NCBI GenBank assembly: GCA_963809485.1
Contig: CAWEJX010000012.1
Location: forward strand, 32,001-96,000
Source: an uncultured Acidobacteriota bacterium
GTDB taxonomy: Bacteria > Acidobacteriota > UBA6911
Direction: 5' to 3'
Length of the DNA stretch: 64,000 nucleotides
Below are positions 11,431 to 23,580 of this stretch, piece after piece. The stretch's first letter is position 1. Each line of letters begins with the position of its first letter. The translations under genes and the position numbers were made by a program. The notes beneath the pieces were generated by a model that was not told where the DNA came from, searched no databases, and saw only the letters and a list, made by a program, of their open reading frames with translations.

Positions 11431-12255
11431 ATGAATATGGAATACCAAGAAAGCAATGTCATGATCGATGGGACTAAAATCCACTACTACCGTTCCGGCG
11501 GGAAGAAACCGCCTATTGTGCTGCTGCACGGCGCAACGGACGACGGGCTTTGCTGGGGGCGGACGGCGCAAGAACTTGCGGAGCGCTATGACGTCATCAT
11601 GCCGGACGCGCAAGGGCACGGGCTTTCCGATAGACTGGGCCCGGATTTTTCCTTCGAAAACCAAGCGAAACAGGCGGCCGGCCTGGTCAAAGAACTGGGG
11701 CTGGAAAAGCCGATCATTATGGGGCATTCCATGGGCGCGGGGACAACCTGTAACGTAGCGATGGAGTTCCCTGATCTGCCTAAAGCCATTATCCTGGAAG
11801 ATCCCGCCTGGGGCATGTTTCCGCCAAAGCCGGAAAACGCCGAAGCAGCCAGGAAAAACCACGAGGAAATACGGGCTTATCAAACGGAAGTAGCCAAACT
11901 GCCGCTGGAAGAAATAAAGGCCAGATGCCGCAAGGACAACCCGACCTGGCCCGAAGATGAAGTCATCACCTGGGCACATTCCAGAAAACTGTGGGACAAA
12001 GCCCTTTTTGACAGAATTGGTGTTCCTTCACGCCCCTATGAAGAGATCGTCACAAGAATTCAGTGCCCTACCTTGCTCATCATCGCGGAAAAAGGCATCG
12101 TGTCCAGAGAAACGGCGGAAAACGCAGCCAGGCTCTGGAAATCAAAAGCGCCGTTTCAGTGGGTATACATCAAAGGCGCAGGGCACAGCATACGCCGCGA
12201 GCAGTACGCAGCTTTCAAAAGCGCATTATTTGACTGGCTGGATACGCTTAAGTAG
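11431..12255 (+). CDS. Alpha/beta hydrolase
   Basis: LLHG, GHSMG nucleophile elbow, GAGH. Confidence 0.92.
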   Translation: MNMEYQESNVMIDGTKIHYYRSGGKKPPIVLLHGATDDGLCWGRTAQELAERYDVIMPDAQGHGLSDRLGPDFSFENQAKQAAGLVKELGLEKPIIMGHSMGAGTTCNVAMEFPDLPKAIILEDPAWGMFPPKPENAEAARKNHEEIRAYQTEVAKLPLEEIKARCRKDNPTWPEDEVITWAHSRKLWDKALFDRIGVPSRPYEEIVTRIQCPTLLIIAEKGIVSRETAENAARLWKSKAPFQWVYIKGAGHSIRREQYAAFKSALFDWLDTLK

Positions 12256-12625
12256 CCACTCGAACACCGCGCATACGGTTCACCCTGCAGCAACGCAGTC
12301 CGGGAGCGGCAGCTTGTCTCATTTTTGTGACATAAGAAAGCGACATCGACCCGACCCCGATGTATAATGCGGCTCTAAGTGAGCGCAGACAGCGAAGTCG
12401 ATCCTAATCGGCCAAAGGGAGAGCAAGCACGGACGCGCGTCGTCAGCCGGATGTGAAAACTGACGGGCGGTGAGGCAGCTTATAGCTTCCTTCCATCGCG
12501 GGCGGAACATCCAGAACTCAATCGTTGCTGCGCTCCTCGATGGCGGTAGAATCGTCCTCATGTTGCGTTAGGGATACAGCTGTGTTGCAGCGAACGGGCC
12601 GCGATGTGCCCTGAGAGGAGGCAAA

Positions 12626-14326
12626 GTGTCCAAATCGAATTCGGGAAACACCACCAGACTCAATCGTCGCGAGGCGCTGCTGCTGTCGGCTACGGCAGGC
12701 GTGGCCGTGCTGGCTCAAACAGCGTGCAGCTCGGGCGGCAGCAGGAACGCGCAAACGCCCCAGGCGCCGGCAGCGAGCTGCAGCACGCCACGGACAGCCG
12801 TTGCAAACACGCAATACGGAAAGGTGCGCGGCTATGTCGAGGATGGCGTCCTGACATTCAAAGGCGTTCCGTATGGCGCGAACACGGGGGGCGAGAACCG
12901 TTGGCTTCCGGCAAAACCTCCCACGCCGTGGGAGGGCGAGTATCCCGCCCTGACCTATGGGGCCAATTGCCCGCAGCGCCTGCATGACTGGTCGAGTGAG
13001 CAGACGTTCCTTCAGCAGTGGACCGATGGTTGGCAGAGCGAGGACATGCTCAAAGTTAACATCTGGACGCCCAGCCTGACCGGCAAACGCCCGGTGATGT
13101 TTTACATTCATGGCGGCGGCTTCTCCTTCGGCTCGGCCTACGAACTCGCCTCGCAGGACGGAGCGCAAATGGCCCGGCATCACGACGTCGTGTCCGTGAC
13201 GGTCAATCACCGTCTCAATATCCTCGGATTCTTCGATGTATCCTCGATCGGCGGGCCGGCCTATGCCGATTCGGTGAACGTCGGGATGACCGACCTGGTA
13301 GCGGCGCTTCGCTGGGTTCGGGACAACATCGCCAATTTCGGTGGCGATCCGGGACTGCGTCATGATTTACGGCCAATCGGGCGGCGGATCCAAGGTGACC
13401 ACACTGCTGGGGATGCCCTCGGCAGCGGGACTGATCCATCGCGCGTCGGCGCAATCAGGAGGCGGCGGCAATCCTCCCAGCGGCGAGCAGTCCATGGAGT
13501 TCGCTAAACGCGTTTTCGCTGAGCTCGGCGTCAAGGACATCCCAGCGCTCCAAAAGATGGAATGGGCCAGGTTGAATGCGATCGGCGATGCCGTCGCGGC
13601 CAAGATGAATCCGCCGATGGGCGTGTGGGGCCCGATCCCGCCGCCGGGCACCGAGAAACCTCGCGTGGGTTGGGGACCGACCGTCGATGGCCGCATCATT
13701 ACCATGCGGCCCTTCTTCGATGTTGCTCCTGACGATTTCGAAGAACGTGCCGATGCTGATCGGCTCGGTGAGCGAAGAGGGGAATTCCATGCGTTCCCGG
13801 CCAACGGAGGCGGAGTGGATGGCCACCCTTGCGAAGAGCTACGGCGAGGCCAAAGCTGCGGCGCTGGTCGCGGCGCTGAAGAAGGCACATCCGGAGAAGA
13901 GCATTCGTACGCTGTCCTATATGTGCAGTGGCGGCGGCTTAAACAGTCTCAACATACGCAATCACGTCACGCGCATGGCCACAATGAAATGCAGCCAAAA
14001 TGGCGCGCCGGTGTTCACGTGGTATTTTAGCTGGCAATCGCCGATGCTGGAAGATGCGGGCGCGTGGCATACGGCAGAGCTTGCCTTCTGCTTCGACAAC
14101 ACGAAGCGCTGCGAACAGGGGACGGGCAACGGCCCGGAAGCGCAGGCACTGGCCAGGAAAATGGCCACCGCCTGGGCCAATTTCGCCCGCACGGGCAATC
14201 CCAGCCAGCCCGGGTTGACCTGGGAGCCGTTCGATCCGACGCGGTGCCAGACCATGGTGTTCGACAACAACTGTCGCATGGTCGATGATCCGGAAGGCTG
14301 AAGTGCGCAAGATCCTTCTGGCTTAG
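12626..14326 (+). CDS. Type-B carboxylesterase with twin-arginine-like signal (three +1 frameshifts near 13350, 13730, 14299)
   Basis: LNRREALL leader; FKGVPY, HGGGF, GQSGG, WHTAEL spread over consecutive frames. Confidence 0.85.
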
Positions 14327-14339
14327 TTGCAGCAAGGAT

Positions 14340-14378
14340 GCCACGAATTTCACGAACGCGATTCGTGAAATTCGTGGC
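14340..14378. terminator. 17-bp perfect hairpin (REP-like or bidirectional terminator)
   Basis: GCCACGAATTTCACGAA-5 nt-TTCGTGAAATTCGTGGC between convergent genes; second copy at 39874-39912. Confidence 0.7.
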
Positions 14379-14386
14379 TTTTACCC

Positions 14387-16106
14387 TCAATACCTCTCGT
14401 AATTCGGTTTGAGATCCTTGTACTTCGCCACCAGCTTGTCCCAATTCTTCGGCAACTCGATCTTTTTGGTGACAAGCGCGTTCTCGAAAAATCCCGGTCC
14501 CGCACTCCTCAGCAGCGCTATAAACGAGCCCGGCCCGCCGGCAACCAGAATCATGAGGCTTTTGTCGAGGTCCATTTTCGGTGGACTGGCGGCATTCGTA
14601 AGACCGACACTCGATCTGCCGGGGGTGCCGTGTGCCGCCAGGTATTCTCTGACTTTCTGCTTCGTGTATCCTTCACTCGACAATACCTTGGCCCAGGAAG
14701 GTATAAGAATCAGACTGGACATGGTGCTGCTAACCATGCCCGAAAGCGTATCCAGAATCCCCTTTGCGTCCGTCCCGCCCGGGACCGTCTGTATGAATGT
14801 GTTGGGGAAAAACACGGTGACGGTGCTGTCCTCCTTTTGTGAAGCCCCGCTCGACGCTGAGAGGCTCCCAGGGGCTCGCCTCCTCATCCTCCCCGATCAC
14901 CAGGCTGTACTTGCCCGGGTTGCCGATCACCCCCATGTCCTCGATGGCCTTCCTTGCCCCGCCGATGTTCTTGACGATCAGCCCGACGGCCCGGCCGATG
15001 GCGGCATTCGCGATATTTCCCGGACTCAAGGCGCCTGAGCTGCAGTTGACGTGGATGTCGTTTCTTATCCGACCGTTGATGGCAAGAAAAGGCGCCCACG
15101 AACCCGTGCTCACCTCAAAGGTATCAAACCTGGTTTTCGGATCGGCCAAAGCCTGCACCGTGGCGATCAGAACCGGCATGTAGGTGGGAAGCGCACCGGC
15201 CATCACCGCATTAATCGCGATCTTTTCGATCGTGGCCTTTCCTTTTCTCGGGATGATCGTGGCCACAATATGGTCCGGCGGCAGATCCGTCCCCGTCATC
15301 ATCTCCGCCACGACCTCCTCGGTCGGCGGTATGATCGGCAGACCGTCGGTCCATCCCTTGCTGTAGTAGAACCGGTTTACCTCCTGCAGGCTTCCTTTAA
15401 ATGCCACTCTCGGGGTCTTGCCCGTTTGCTGCTTCGGAGATTTCTCCTCGGCAGTCAGCGGGCTCGTTAAGGCCTCGACCACATCCTTCATGGCCGCCGC
15501 GACACCCTCTTCAATTTCCGCCTTGACGGTGGATTCACATGCCACCGATTCCCCAACGACTCTGATTCCGGGCATTCCCTTGCTCGATGCTGCCGATTGA
15601 GCATCGGTAACAAATCCATGATTAGCCAGTAGCACGACCGGCTTGCCAAAGTCCTCGATCGCTATCCCGTTGTAGGCGAGGTACTTTGTGCAGGACCCTC
15701 AATCACCGACTACGGCAATGGCCGCGTCTATCCCTTTGGCCCAGGCCGTGAACTTTTCCTTGTTCTTCGTCTCCATCTCATTGACGTTCGCCTGGGTGGA
15801 ATGGAATTTGATTATCTGAATATCGGGGTACATGGCCTTCAATCGTCTCTCGATTGATTCCGCCATCGGCATTGCCGCCCGCTTGGGATTGACGAATAAT
15901 CCGATTTTCTTTCCCGCCAGGGTCTGAATCCTCGGGGAAATCCCCCGGAGCGGGATCGGATCAGCGTCCGCCCAGGGACTGAGAACTTCAAATTGAGTGG
16001 CTGGCGACTTGGTTTTGGAACTCGCCGCCCCTTGGGCCCTGGATACATCCTGGACCGTCAGTACGGCTAGCATCCCTATGGAAAGCGCCGATAATATTCT
16101 ACGCAT
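14387..16106 (-). CDS. UGSC-family selenoprotein with signal peptide, copy A (Sec TGA at 15699-15701; extra G at 14839)
   Basis: VVGD-TGA-GSCTKYLAYNGIAIEDFGKPVV reads in frame into ORF 15635; hairpin after the TGA; nearly identical to intact copy B. Confidence 0.88.
15644..15692 (-). promoter_or_regulatory. SECIS-like stem-loop (copy A; identical in copy B at 41177-41225)
   Basis: TGC-A-CAAAGT-A-CCTCG ... CGAGG-ACTTTG-GCA pairing starts 7 nt after the TGA. Confidence 0.6.
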
Positions 16107-16225
16107 GGCAGACTCCTTCTCCTTTCAAAATGGCTCGGTGCCATCGCGATTATATCCGTAAAACACACAAAAGGCACGCTACACTGGATTCGCGTGGTCG
16201 GAGGAGTGCAATCACCTAAAATTGA

Positions 16226-17794
16226 CTATTGCCCGCCGCTTTTCTTCACCTGTTCTCCAAGCCAGGATATGTAGGCGTCGAATACTTTTACCTTATCCAG
16301 GTCAGGCAAAGGTCTTGCGCCGGGAGTTGCGTCGAACACCATCACCTTGGGATCGCTCTCTGCAAAGGCCGGCCATTTGGGAAGATCAGGGCCGTTCGGG
16401 TCGCCGTTTTTGGCGAAGTTGATCCAATAGGAGCTGATCCTGTCGGATAGTTTCAGGTCTTCCGGTTTGGGCGCCTCTTGCCGTCCGCCAAGGGTCTGGA
16501 ATGCATACGGCACATCGCTGCCATGCCCGGAACCGACATCCGGCGAAGTGTGGACGTAATCGAAGAGGTATTCGAATGCTTTGCCCTTCCCTTTCCGGGA
16601 CTGCAGACGAGCCCAGGTCCAGGTGTTCCAGGCGGACGAGCTCTGTCTGACTGCTCTTGACGCCTTCGCAGCCTCGGCATCCGTTGAGTGAGGATACGCG
16701 CTCAAAATGGCATCGGCCTGAGGGCCGTATTGCGACCTTATCTGTTTCTCGAATGCCTCCGGCGTGATATTGCCACGCCCGCCCATGGTTGCCGCTTCCT
16801 CCGATGTGTTGCCGAGTAAAATGGGCGTGTCGTTAAAACGTCCTGCCTGATATAAAGAATAGAGGTCGCTCGGGACGATATACCCGTCGGCCGCTGGCCG
16901 GAATCCGCCGCCTCCCATTCCGCCCTCCAGGCCTTTCTGGATCTCCTCTGCGCTCATCGCCCGGGCCGCCTTGATATCCGCCGCTCCCAGCTTTTTCAGA
17001 AATTCTTCGCCTCTCGACTCCGCCAGCTTGAGTGCCGGGACTCCCATGCCTGCGCCCGCCTGATTTGAAGTCTGCAGCGGGGCAAACGATCCTCCGCTCA
17101 TGCAGATGGCTCGGTGGAAAAGACCTTTTGTGATCGGGGAAGCCGCCAGCATGCTGACCGCCCCGCCGCCGGCCGAGTGGCCGAAGATCGTGACGTTGGA
17201 AGAGTCGCCTCCAAACCTGGCAACATTCTCTTTTACCCATTTCAAGCCCGCAATCATGTCCTCCAGCCCATAGGTCCCCGACCCCTTGCCGCTTTCACGG
17301 CTGAGTTCCGGGTGCGCGAGGAATCCGAAAGGGCCGACACGATACGCGACGCTGACAAACACTACTCCCTTTTTGGCGAAACCCGTTCCATCATATATGG
17401 GGATGCTGGTGGAGCCGCCGCTAAAGCCTCCTCCATAAATCCAGAAGATGACCGGAAGTTTTTCGCCCGGCCTTTTTGCGGGTGTCCAAACATTCAGGTA
17501 CAGGCAGTCTTCGCCGACCGGCGCGGTATTCCCCATTGAGTTGGCGGCCTGCATGCAGGCGAGCCCATAAGCGTCCGCCTTCCTGATGCCTGTCCAGGCT
17601 TGCACCGGCGCGGGCGCCTTCCATCGCAACTCTCCCACCGGTGGCGCCGCAAATGGAATCCCCTTGAATATCGAAATGCCTTCGGCAACAACACCCTGCA
17701 CTTCGCCTCCGGTCACCTTAGCCGTTTGAATCTGCGAAAATGCGGTCTGGGCAAAAGCACTTGTCAGGAAAGCAACGAATAAAACCTTTTTCAT
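16226..17794 (-). CDS. Type-B carboxylesterase, signal peptide
   Basis: FKGIPFAAPP, EDCLYLNVW, YGGGF, GHSAG, GHGSD. Confidence 0.95.
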   Translation of the reverse strand: MKKVLFVAFLTSAFAQTAFSQIQTAKVTGGEVQGVVAEGISIFKGIPFAAPPVGELRWKAPAPVQAWTGIRKADAYGLACMQAANSMGNTAPVGEDCLYLNVWTPAKRPGEKLPVIFWIYGGGFSGGSTSIPIYDGTGFAKKGVVFVSVAYRVGPFGFLAHPELSRESGKGSGTYGLEDMIAGLKWVKENVARFGGDSSNVTIFGHSAGGGAVSMLAASPITKGLFHRAICMSGGSFAPLQTSNQAGAGMGVPALKLAESRGEEFLKKLGAADIKAARAMSAEEIQKGLEGGMGGGGFRPAADGYIVPSDLYSLYQAGRFNDTPILLGNTSEEAATMGGRGNITPEAFEKQIRSQYGPQADAILSAYPHSTDAEAAKASRAVRQSSSAWNTWTWARLQSRKGKGKAFEYLFDYVHTSPDVGSGHGSDVPYAFQTLGGRQEAPKPEDLKLSDRISSYWINFAKNGDPNGPDLPKWPAFAESDPKVMVFDATPGARPLPDLDKVKVFDAYISWLGEQVKKSGGQ

Positions 17795-17931
17795 TTCCAC
17801 CTCCCACCGGAGCACTGATGCTGTCCGATTAAGGCCGAACTAGTCAACAGAGGCAAAACGATTGCATACGGCTTGAGCCCCAATTTGAATCTTTCCGCTC
17901 ATTCCGAATTTCCGTTTAATCTCAATGCGGA

Positions 17932-19716
17932 TCATCGCGTTTCTATAATCGGCAACGTAACATAGGACCTGTGGCTTGAATCGCGATATATCGCAACCTT
18001 CGGCGCGGGATCGAGCTTAGGCGTTGCCCGGTCTGCGAAATTCACCACCAGCCGTATGCGATGGCCGGCCTTAAAAATCATCGATATAGGCAATATATCA
18101 AATTGAAGCTCGGCCGGTTGACCGGGCACCAGCGGGGTCACGTCTTTCTGATAGAAGCCATGCCAGGGCAGCCCGAGATTGTTGTAGGGCGCATCTTGCA
18201 GCTTTCTCAATGAGGCTCGAAGCCGCCCATGAACGTTATACGATGCAGCCGTACCGTCCGGCCCGACATCCTGAATGGTCGCAACGAAGTCTCCATCCGC
18301 TGCGGTTGAGGATATCCACAGGTTGATGGCAGGATGGCCGGTGATCTGAAGGTCCGCGCTGAGCGGAGCCGTCTCGTATACGAGGCCTTTGGTCGTCATG
18401 GTATCGGGCGTAAGATCGTACGCGACCGTGGTTTCGTCTTTTTGATCAACTCCCGTCGGCTCCGCAGTGCTCAGCGAACCCTTTCCCAGGTAGTATTGGA
18501 TCCTTTTTTCATCGGGCAAAGGCCACTGCCTGGCCGATCGCCATTCAGAGCCGGCCGGCGCATTATAGGTATAGTAATATACCCGATCTTCATCCATGAC
18601 GCTGTTGTCGATGCCCTTGAGCCAATAGTCGAAGAAACGGCGTTCTTCAACGGTGATGTCGAATCCGGTCTGGCTCTGGACGGCGAGCCAGCCGCAGTGT
18701 CCGGCGGGGCCCACGATCAGTTTTGCAGGGTTGGCTATGTTGTTGAAGGTAAAGAAGGCGCCGTGCTTGGTGGTCCCTTCGTCCCAGTTGGCGGCCAGAT
18801 ACATAGCGATTTTGGAGGCGTTGATCTTTTCCAAATAAGTATGGGGGCTGCTTTTGATCCACCACGGCTGGGAACCTGGATCCGTGATCGCGTCGGCAAT
18901 GCTGTCGCGGTATGGCGCGCTTCCCACATTTTCAACCGTGCCCGCGTGCTCCGCAATGGCTTCATTCAACTGGGACCTATCGGTGTCGGCGTCCACCGGC
19001 GCCGCCGCCGCATCGCGAGCTTCCTGGGCCGACTGCGCTCCGGTCCGGCCCTTGGCAGGAGCACCCTGGGTCGATTCTATGCCGCCGGGAACGCGAAATG
19101 GATAGGCGTCGAATTCGCAACTCATAGGGAATATCGCCTTTAAATGCGGTGGAGCAGTGGTCGCCGCCTGCAGCTGACTTCCGCCAGTGGCCGAACAGCC
19201 CCACATGCCGATATTGCCATTGCTCCATGGCTGCCTGGCAAGCCATTCGGTGATATCGTACGCGTCCCGGCGCGCAGCAGTGATCCATTCGCCGCGGTTA
19301 AACGCCACGTTATGTCCGTAAGAAGCATAGAGGCCGCGGAAGTCTACGGTGGCGACCACGTACCCGAATTTCACCAGCTTCCCTGCTGTCCCCGGATAGC
19401 CTTCGACCGTCAGCTCCTTATTATTACTATATCTGCGATTATAGGGAGTATGCATCCACAGGACAGGAAGCGGAGTGGTAATTACATTTCCGGTGGTTTT
19501 ATCCTTGGGACGATATAGATCCATGGCGAGCCTGGTACCATCGCTCACCTGGACATACTGAGACGTAATCTCGTATTTGTCGTCGTAAATCGCGTCGCCA
19601 TAGCCGGCATATTCGCCCGGTCTGGAGATGCGATTAGCCTTGGATGAGTCATTGCTCCCGCATGAGAGTGCAAAAGCACAGATAACCAGGATCGCCAACA
19701 AAGCATTTCGTTTCAT
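17932..19716 (-). CDS. CocE/NonD-family hydrolase, lipoprotein
   Basis: ALSC lipobox, DGTRLAMDLYRP, TPY, GMWGCSATG, C-terminal FKAGHRIRL. Confidence 0.92.
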   Translation of the reverse strand: MKRNALLAILVICAFALSCGSNDSSKANRISRPGEYAGYGDAIYDDKYEITSQYVQVSDGTRLAMDLYRPKDKTTGNVITTPLPVLWMHTPYNRRYSNNKELTVEGYPGTAGKLVKFGYVVATVDFRGLYASYGHNVAFNRGEWITAARRDAYDITEWLARQPWSNGNIGMWGCSATGGSQLQAATTAPPHLKAIFPMSCEFDAYPFRVPGGIESTQGAPAKGRTGAQSAQEARDAAAAPVDADTDRSQLNEAIAEHAGTVENVGSAPYRDSIADAITDPGSQPWWIKSSPHTYLEKINASKIAMYLAANWDEGTTKHGAFFTFNNIANPAKLIVGPAGHCGWLAVQSQTGFDITVEERRFFDYWLKGIDNSVMDEDRVYYYTYNAPAGSEWRSARQWPLPDEKRIQYYLGKGSLSTAEPTGVDQKDETTVAYDLTPDTMTTKGLVYETAPLSADLQITGHPAINLWISSTAADGDFVATIQDVGPDGTAASYNVHGRLRASLRKLQDAPYNNLGLPWHGFYQKDVTPLVPGQPAELQFDILPISMIFKAGHRIRLVVNFADRATPKLDPAPKVAIYRDSSHRSYVTLPIIETR

Positions 19717-20034
19717 TGTGCTGCTCCTTTTTGCGGATAAAACGAGGGCGCCTGGGCCGATTACTAATCCCACCACACTCATTGCGTGTCGAAGGAATAT
19801 GACGTGATACCTGCACTCCTATTACCGGACCAGGCACGAACGGAGAACTCCAGGATGTTTTGCTTTTCCAATAATTCGCGCTATTTAAAACCTGTGGCAT
19901 GCGGGATCATCGAGGATCGAGCTGTCATCGCGTTCGCTCCTTCATCGAATTTTCCCACGCCCTTTTTAGCCGTCCGGGATTTGATTCCGCTGATTGAGAT
20001 TACGGGCTCCACTCAGATGCTACCAGGATAGCAT

Positions 20035-20064
20035 GAAATTTGTCACATGTTTGTGACAAATTTC
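20035..20064. promoter_or_regulatory. Perfect 13-bp inverted repeat, candidate operator
   Basis: GAAATTTGTCACA-tgtt-TGTGACAAATTTC between divergent hydrolase genes. Confidence 0.6.
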
Positions 20065-20204
20065 GTGTTAGAGTCTAGGTACCAGGAATACTCTGAGCGT
20101 ATACGGCTGAACGACTAGGCTACCTGATGGCGTCCAGCTCCATTGCCATACACAGGCGACCTATTCAAGCAGAAGCAAGCTGACAGTCAAGGGAGGCAAC
20201 CTCA

Positions 20205-21827
20205 ATGAAGAGAGCTTTTCTGATCGCAATATTCGCAATTCTTGCAGCCGGGTTCTGCTTCGCGCAGGCGCCCGCGCCGGTCAAGGTCCAAGGCGGATTG
20301 GTGCAGGGGGCCGTCGAGGACGGGTTGACGGTTTACCGAGGCATCCCGTTCGCGGCGCCGCCGGTCGGCGACCTCCGTTGGCGAGCCCCTCAGCCGGTTA
20401 TGAAATGGGATGGCGTGAAGGAAACCGTCAAGTTCGCTCCTGCATGCATCCAGGGCATGATGATGGGACCCGCAGGCAGCGGCCCAGCGCCGAGCGAGGA
20501 CTGCCTGTATTTGAACATCTGGACTCCGGCGAAATCGCCGCGCGATCGCGTCCCCGTGTTTGTTTGGATCTATGGTGGCGGATTTGCGGGCGGAGCGACG
20601 TCCATTCCCACCTTCAGCGGGGAGAAGCTCGCCAAAAAGGGAGTGGTGCTGGTGAGCATTGCCTATCGCGTGGGGCAAATGGGATTCTTCGTGCATCCGG
20701 AATTGAGCGCCGAGACCAGGAACCGCGTATCGGGGAACTATGGCCTGCTGGACATGATCGCCGGTCTCCAGTGGATCCGGAAAAATATTGCCGCATTCGG
20801 CGGCGACCCCCGTAAGGTAACCATCTTCGGAGAGTCGGCCGGGGGAATCGCGGTCAGCATGTTGTGCGCGTCGCCGCTGGCCAAAGGATTGTTTCACGGC
20901 GCGATTTCGCAGAGCGGCGGATCGTTCGGCCCCCCGAGGCCTGCAACCATGCCCGGGGAGAACATGAGACGGCTGGCCGACGCGGAGCGCTCGGGCGAAG
21001 CAATCCTCAAAACGGCCGGCGTGGCATCCATTGCGGAGGCGCGCAAGCTCCCTCCCGATAAGCTTTCCGGCGGTGGCGGCCCTGGTCAAGGCGGGCGCGG
21101 TCAGGCTGCTCGTAGCGGTGGCGGCCCGCCCGGCACGAGCTATTGGCCCATTATCGACGGCTGGGTGATTCCGGACGATCAGTACAAGCTCTATGAATCG
21201 AAGCGGTACAACGACGTTCCGGTTCTGATTGGCTACAATTCCGATGAGGGCTTGAGCTTTTCTCCTGCGAAGACCGCGGAAGATTACATTGCCAGTGTGA
21301 AGTCGCGCTTCGGCCCGTTCGCCGACAAACTCATCGAGGCCTATCCTCCAGGAGCAGGAACTCCGGCCAAGACCGCGCGCGACCTGATGCGCGATGCAGC
21401 ATTCGGATGGCACACCTGGATTTGGGCGCGGTTGCAGTCGAAGACGGGCAAATCCAAGGTGTTTTACTATTATTTTGACCAGCACCCGGATTATCCGGCC
21501 GATTCGCCGCAGGCCGGGCGAGGATCGCCGCACGGTCAGGAAGTGGCTTACGTGTTCCAGCACCTGAACCCGGATCAGAAGCCCACAAAGTCGGACGAGG
21601 CGATTTCGGAGGCCATGGCCACCTACTGGACGAACTTCGCCAAATTCGGGGACCCCAACGGCCCGGGACTCCCCAAGTGGCCGGCATTCAGCGACGCCAA
21701 CCCCCTGCTGATGTACTTCGCCCAGACGCCTCACATCGGGCCGGTTCCCAGCGTCGATGCGCTCAAGGTTATGGATCAGTATTTCGCCTGGCGACGGACT
21801 CCGGAAGGGGAATCTTTTGTTAAATAA
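20205..21827 (+). CDS. Type-B carboxylesterase, signal peptide
   Basis: RGIPFAAPP, SEDCLYLNIW, GESAG, PHGQE. Confidence 0.95.
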   Translation: MKRAFLIAIFAILAAGFCFAQAPAPVKVQGGLVQGAVEDGLTVYRGIPFAAPPVGDLRWRAPQPVMKWDGVKETVKFAPACIQGMMMGPAGSGPAPSEDCLYLNIWTPAKSPRDRVPVFVWIYGGGFAGGATSIPTFSGEKLAKKGVVLVSIAYRVGQMGFFVHPELSAETRNRVSGNYGLLDMIAGLQWIRKNIAAFGGDPRKVTIFGESAGGIAVSMLCASPLAKGLFHGAISQSGGSFGPPRPATMPGENMRRLADAERSGEAILKTAGVASIAEARKLPPDKLSGGGGPGQGGRGQAARSGGGPPGTSYWPIIDGWVIPDDQYKLYESKRYNDVPVLIGYNSDEGLSFSPAKTAEDYIASVKSRFGPFADKLIEAYPPGAGTPAKTARDLMRDAAFGWHTWIWARLQSKTGKSKVFYYYFDQHPDYPADSPQAGRGSPHGQEVAYVFQHLNPDQKPTKSDEAISEAMATYWTNFAKFGDPNGPGLPKWPAFSDANPLLMYFAQTPHIGPVPSVDALKVMDQYFAWRRTPEGESFVK

Positions 21828-22109
21828 GTTATACATCTATTTGCAGCCTGGGGCACTGAGGGCCCGGGGGCGCCGCCGATCACGTATTCCGGTGTGCGAT
21901 TGAGAGTTGTTCTTGTCTGAAATGAATTTGGTGAGAGGCATGCCTTGAGCAGAAATTCAAATAGAAAATCGGTAACCACATCTCGCCCCCGCGGCACTGA
22001 ATCCGCAATTCGAACTGACTCCAAACCCGGGCAGAAAACCTTGCCGTCCGGAGGCAACGAGGCAATTTTAACTAAGATCGGATATTTGCCTCCTTTAAGT
22101 CCGCCGCCT

Positions 22110-23580
22110 ATGCGGAAAAGAAAAGATAGGGTTCCGGATAGGACATTTAATTTTGAAATACCGCCTGATCCAATTCCATCCGGCGATATTAAGAAAAACA
22201 TGAACGCCGAAGTGGTGGTAGTGGGCGCTGGGATAGCAGGGTTGAGTGCTGCTATTTCTGCAGCAGAGGAAGGAGCCAAGACCATCTTATTGGAAAAGAC
22301 GGCGACCGTTCAGGCCCGCGGCCACGATAACGCCTTTATCGGCAGCCGGCTTCATGAAAAGCTGGGAATTAAGATTAATAAAGACGAAATTATACTCAAC
22401 CTGATGAAATATGGAGCCAATAAGCCCGACCAAAGATTAATCAGAATGTGGGCGGAAGGAAGCGGCAAAACTGCGGACTGGCTCATGGATATGACAGATG
22501 CGGCCGGTCTTGAGGTATTTATAAACCACTATCCCCCGCCGCCGGCTTTCAATAATGCCAAGGAATACTATCCTCAATACCCGGTTACTCACCATTACCG
22601 CAATGAACGCCCCGTGGCAAAATGTTTACTGGATAATGCCTTGAAGAAAGGTGTTGTCACTTATTTTAAAACCCGCGCAAAACAGCTTCTGAGAAAAAAG
22701 AACGACCGGGTTACCGGCGTTATTGCTCAAAATGCGGATGGAGAATATCCTGCAATTCAATGCCGCTAAAGCCGTTATACTCTGCACGGGAGATTACAGC
22801 AACAACGCTGAAATGATGGCCAAATACTGCCCTCAGTCCTCATATCTCGAATCCATGATACCTACTTCTACCGGAGACGGGCATAGGATGGCAATGTGGA
22901 TTGGTGCTGTAATGGAGCCCGGACCGCATATACCAATGATACACGGCCCCGCCGGTCCACTTCTTAGTTCGGCCTTCCTGCAAGTAAATCTCATGGGAGA
23001 ACGCTTTCAAAATGAAGATGTGCCCATTCAAAGCAATGTAAATGCCGTCGAGCGACAGCCTGGCAAGGTAGCCTGGCAGGTATTTGACTCGAAGTATCCG
23101 GAGGAACTTCCGTATCATGGGATAGGCCTCGGGAAAATTATTATTGCCACTGAAAAAATCCGGCAAAAAGTGGCCAAAGCAGCAATAATGGCCGACTCTA
23201 TCGAAGAACTGGCAGTGAAGATGAAAATGCCTGTTGAAGCCTTTAAGGCTACCGTAAGGAGATACAACAAACTGGCACACATGGGGAGAGACCTGGACTT
23301 TGGCAAGCGGCCGGATCGATTGTTTCCCATTGATAGGCCACCCTACTATGCTGGCAAAAGCGGTTACTCTTTACTGGCTGTTTTGGGTGGTCTGAATATC
23401 AATTGGAAATTGCAGCCTCTGGATAAGGATTGGAAAGTCATTCCGGGAATCTATCTTGCAGGAAATACAATGGGCAACCGTTTTGCCGTAGATTACCCAA
23501 CGATGTGTCCCGGGCTTAGCCATGGAATGGCGATACACTTTGGCCGCATTGCCGGTTTGAATGCAGCTTCGCAAAAATGA
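22110..23580 (+). CDS. FAD-dependent oxidoreductase, fumarate reductase/flavocytochrome-like flavoprotein (+1 frameshift near 22750)
   Basis: VVVVGAGIAG, AVILCTGD, TGDGH, GERFQNED, IPGIYLAGN, FGRIAG. Confidence 0.85.

Larger units (their letters stand above)
14337..16208. repeat. ~1.87-kb direct duplication with 39871-41741
   Basis: Upstream region, whole selenoprotein gene and downstream hairpin all repeated. Confidence 0.95.

Noticed and set aside
12300-12600. Possible ncRNA or riboswitch upstream of the first carboxylesterase
   Set aside because: No family recognised by eye; would need an Rfam/Infernal search
20202-21836. Long antisense ORFs (e.g. 20202..21836 -, 37764..38756 -, 55518..56744 +, 63087..63836 -)
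   Set aside because: Shadows of GC-rich genes on the opposite strand; no motifs
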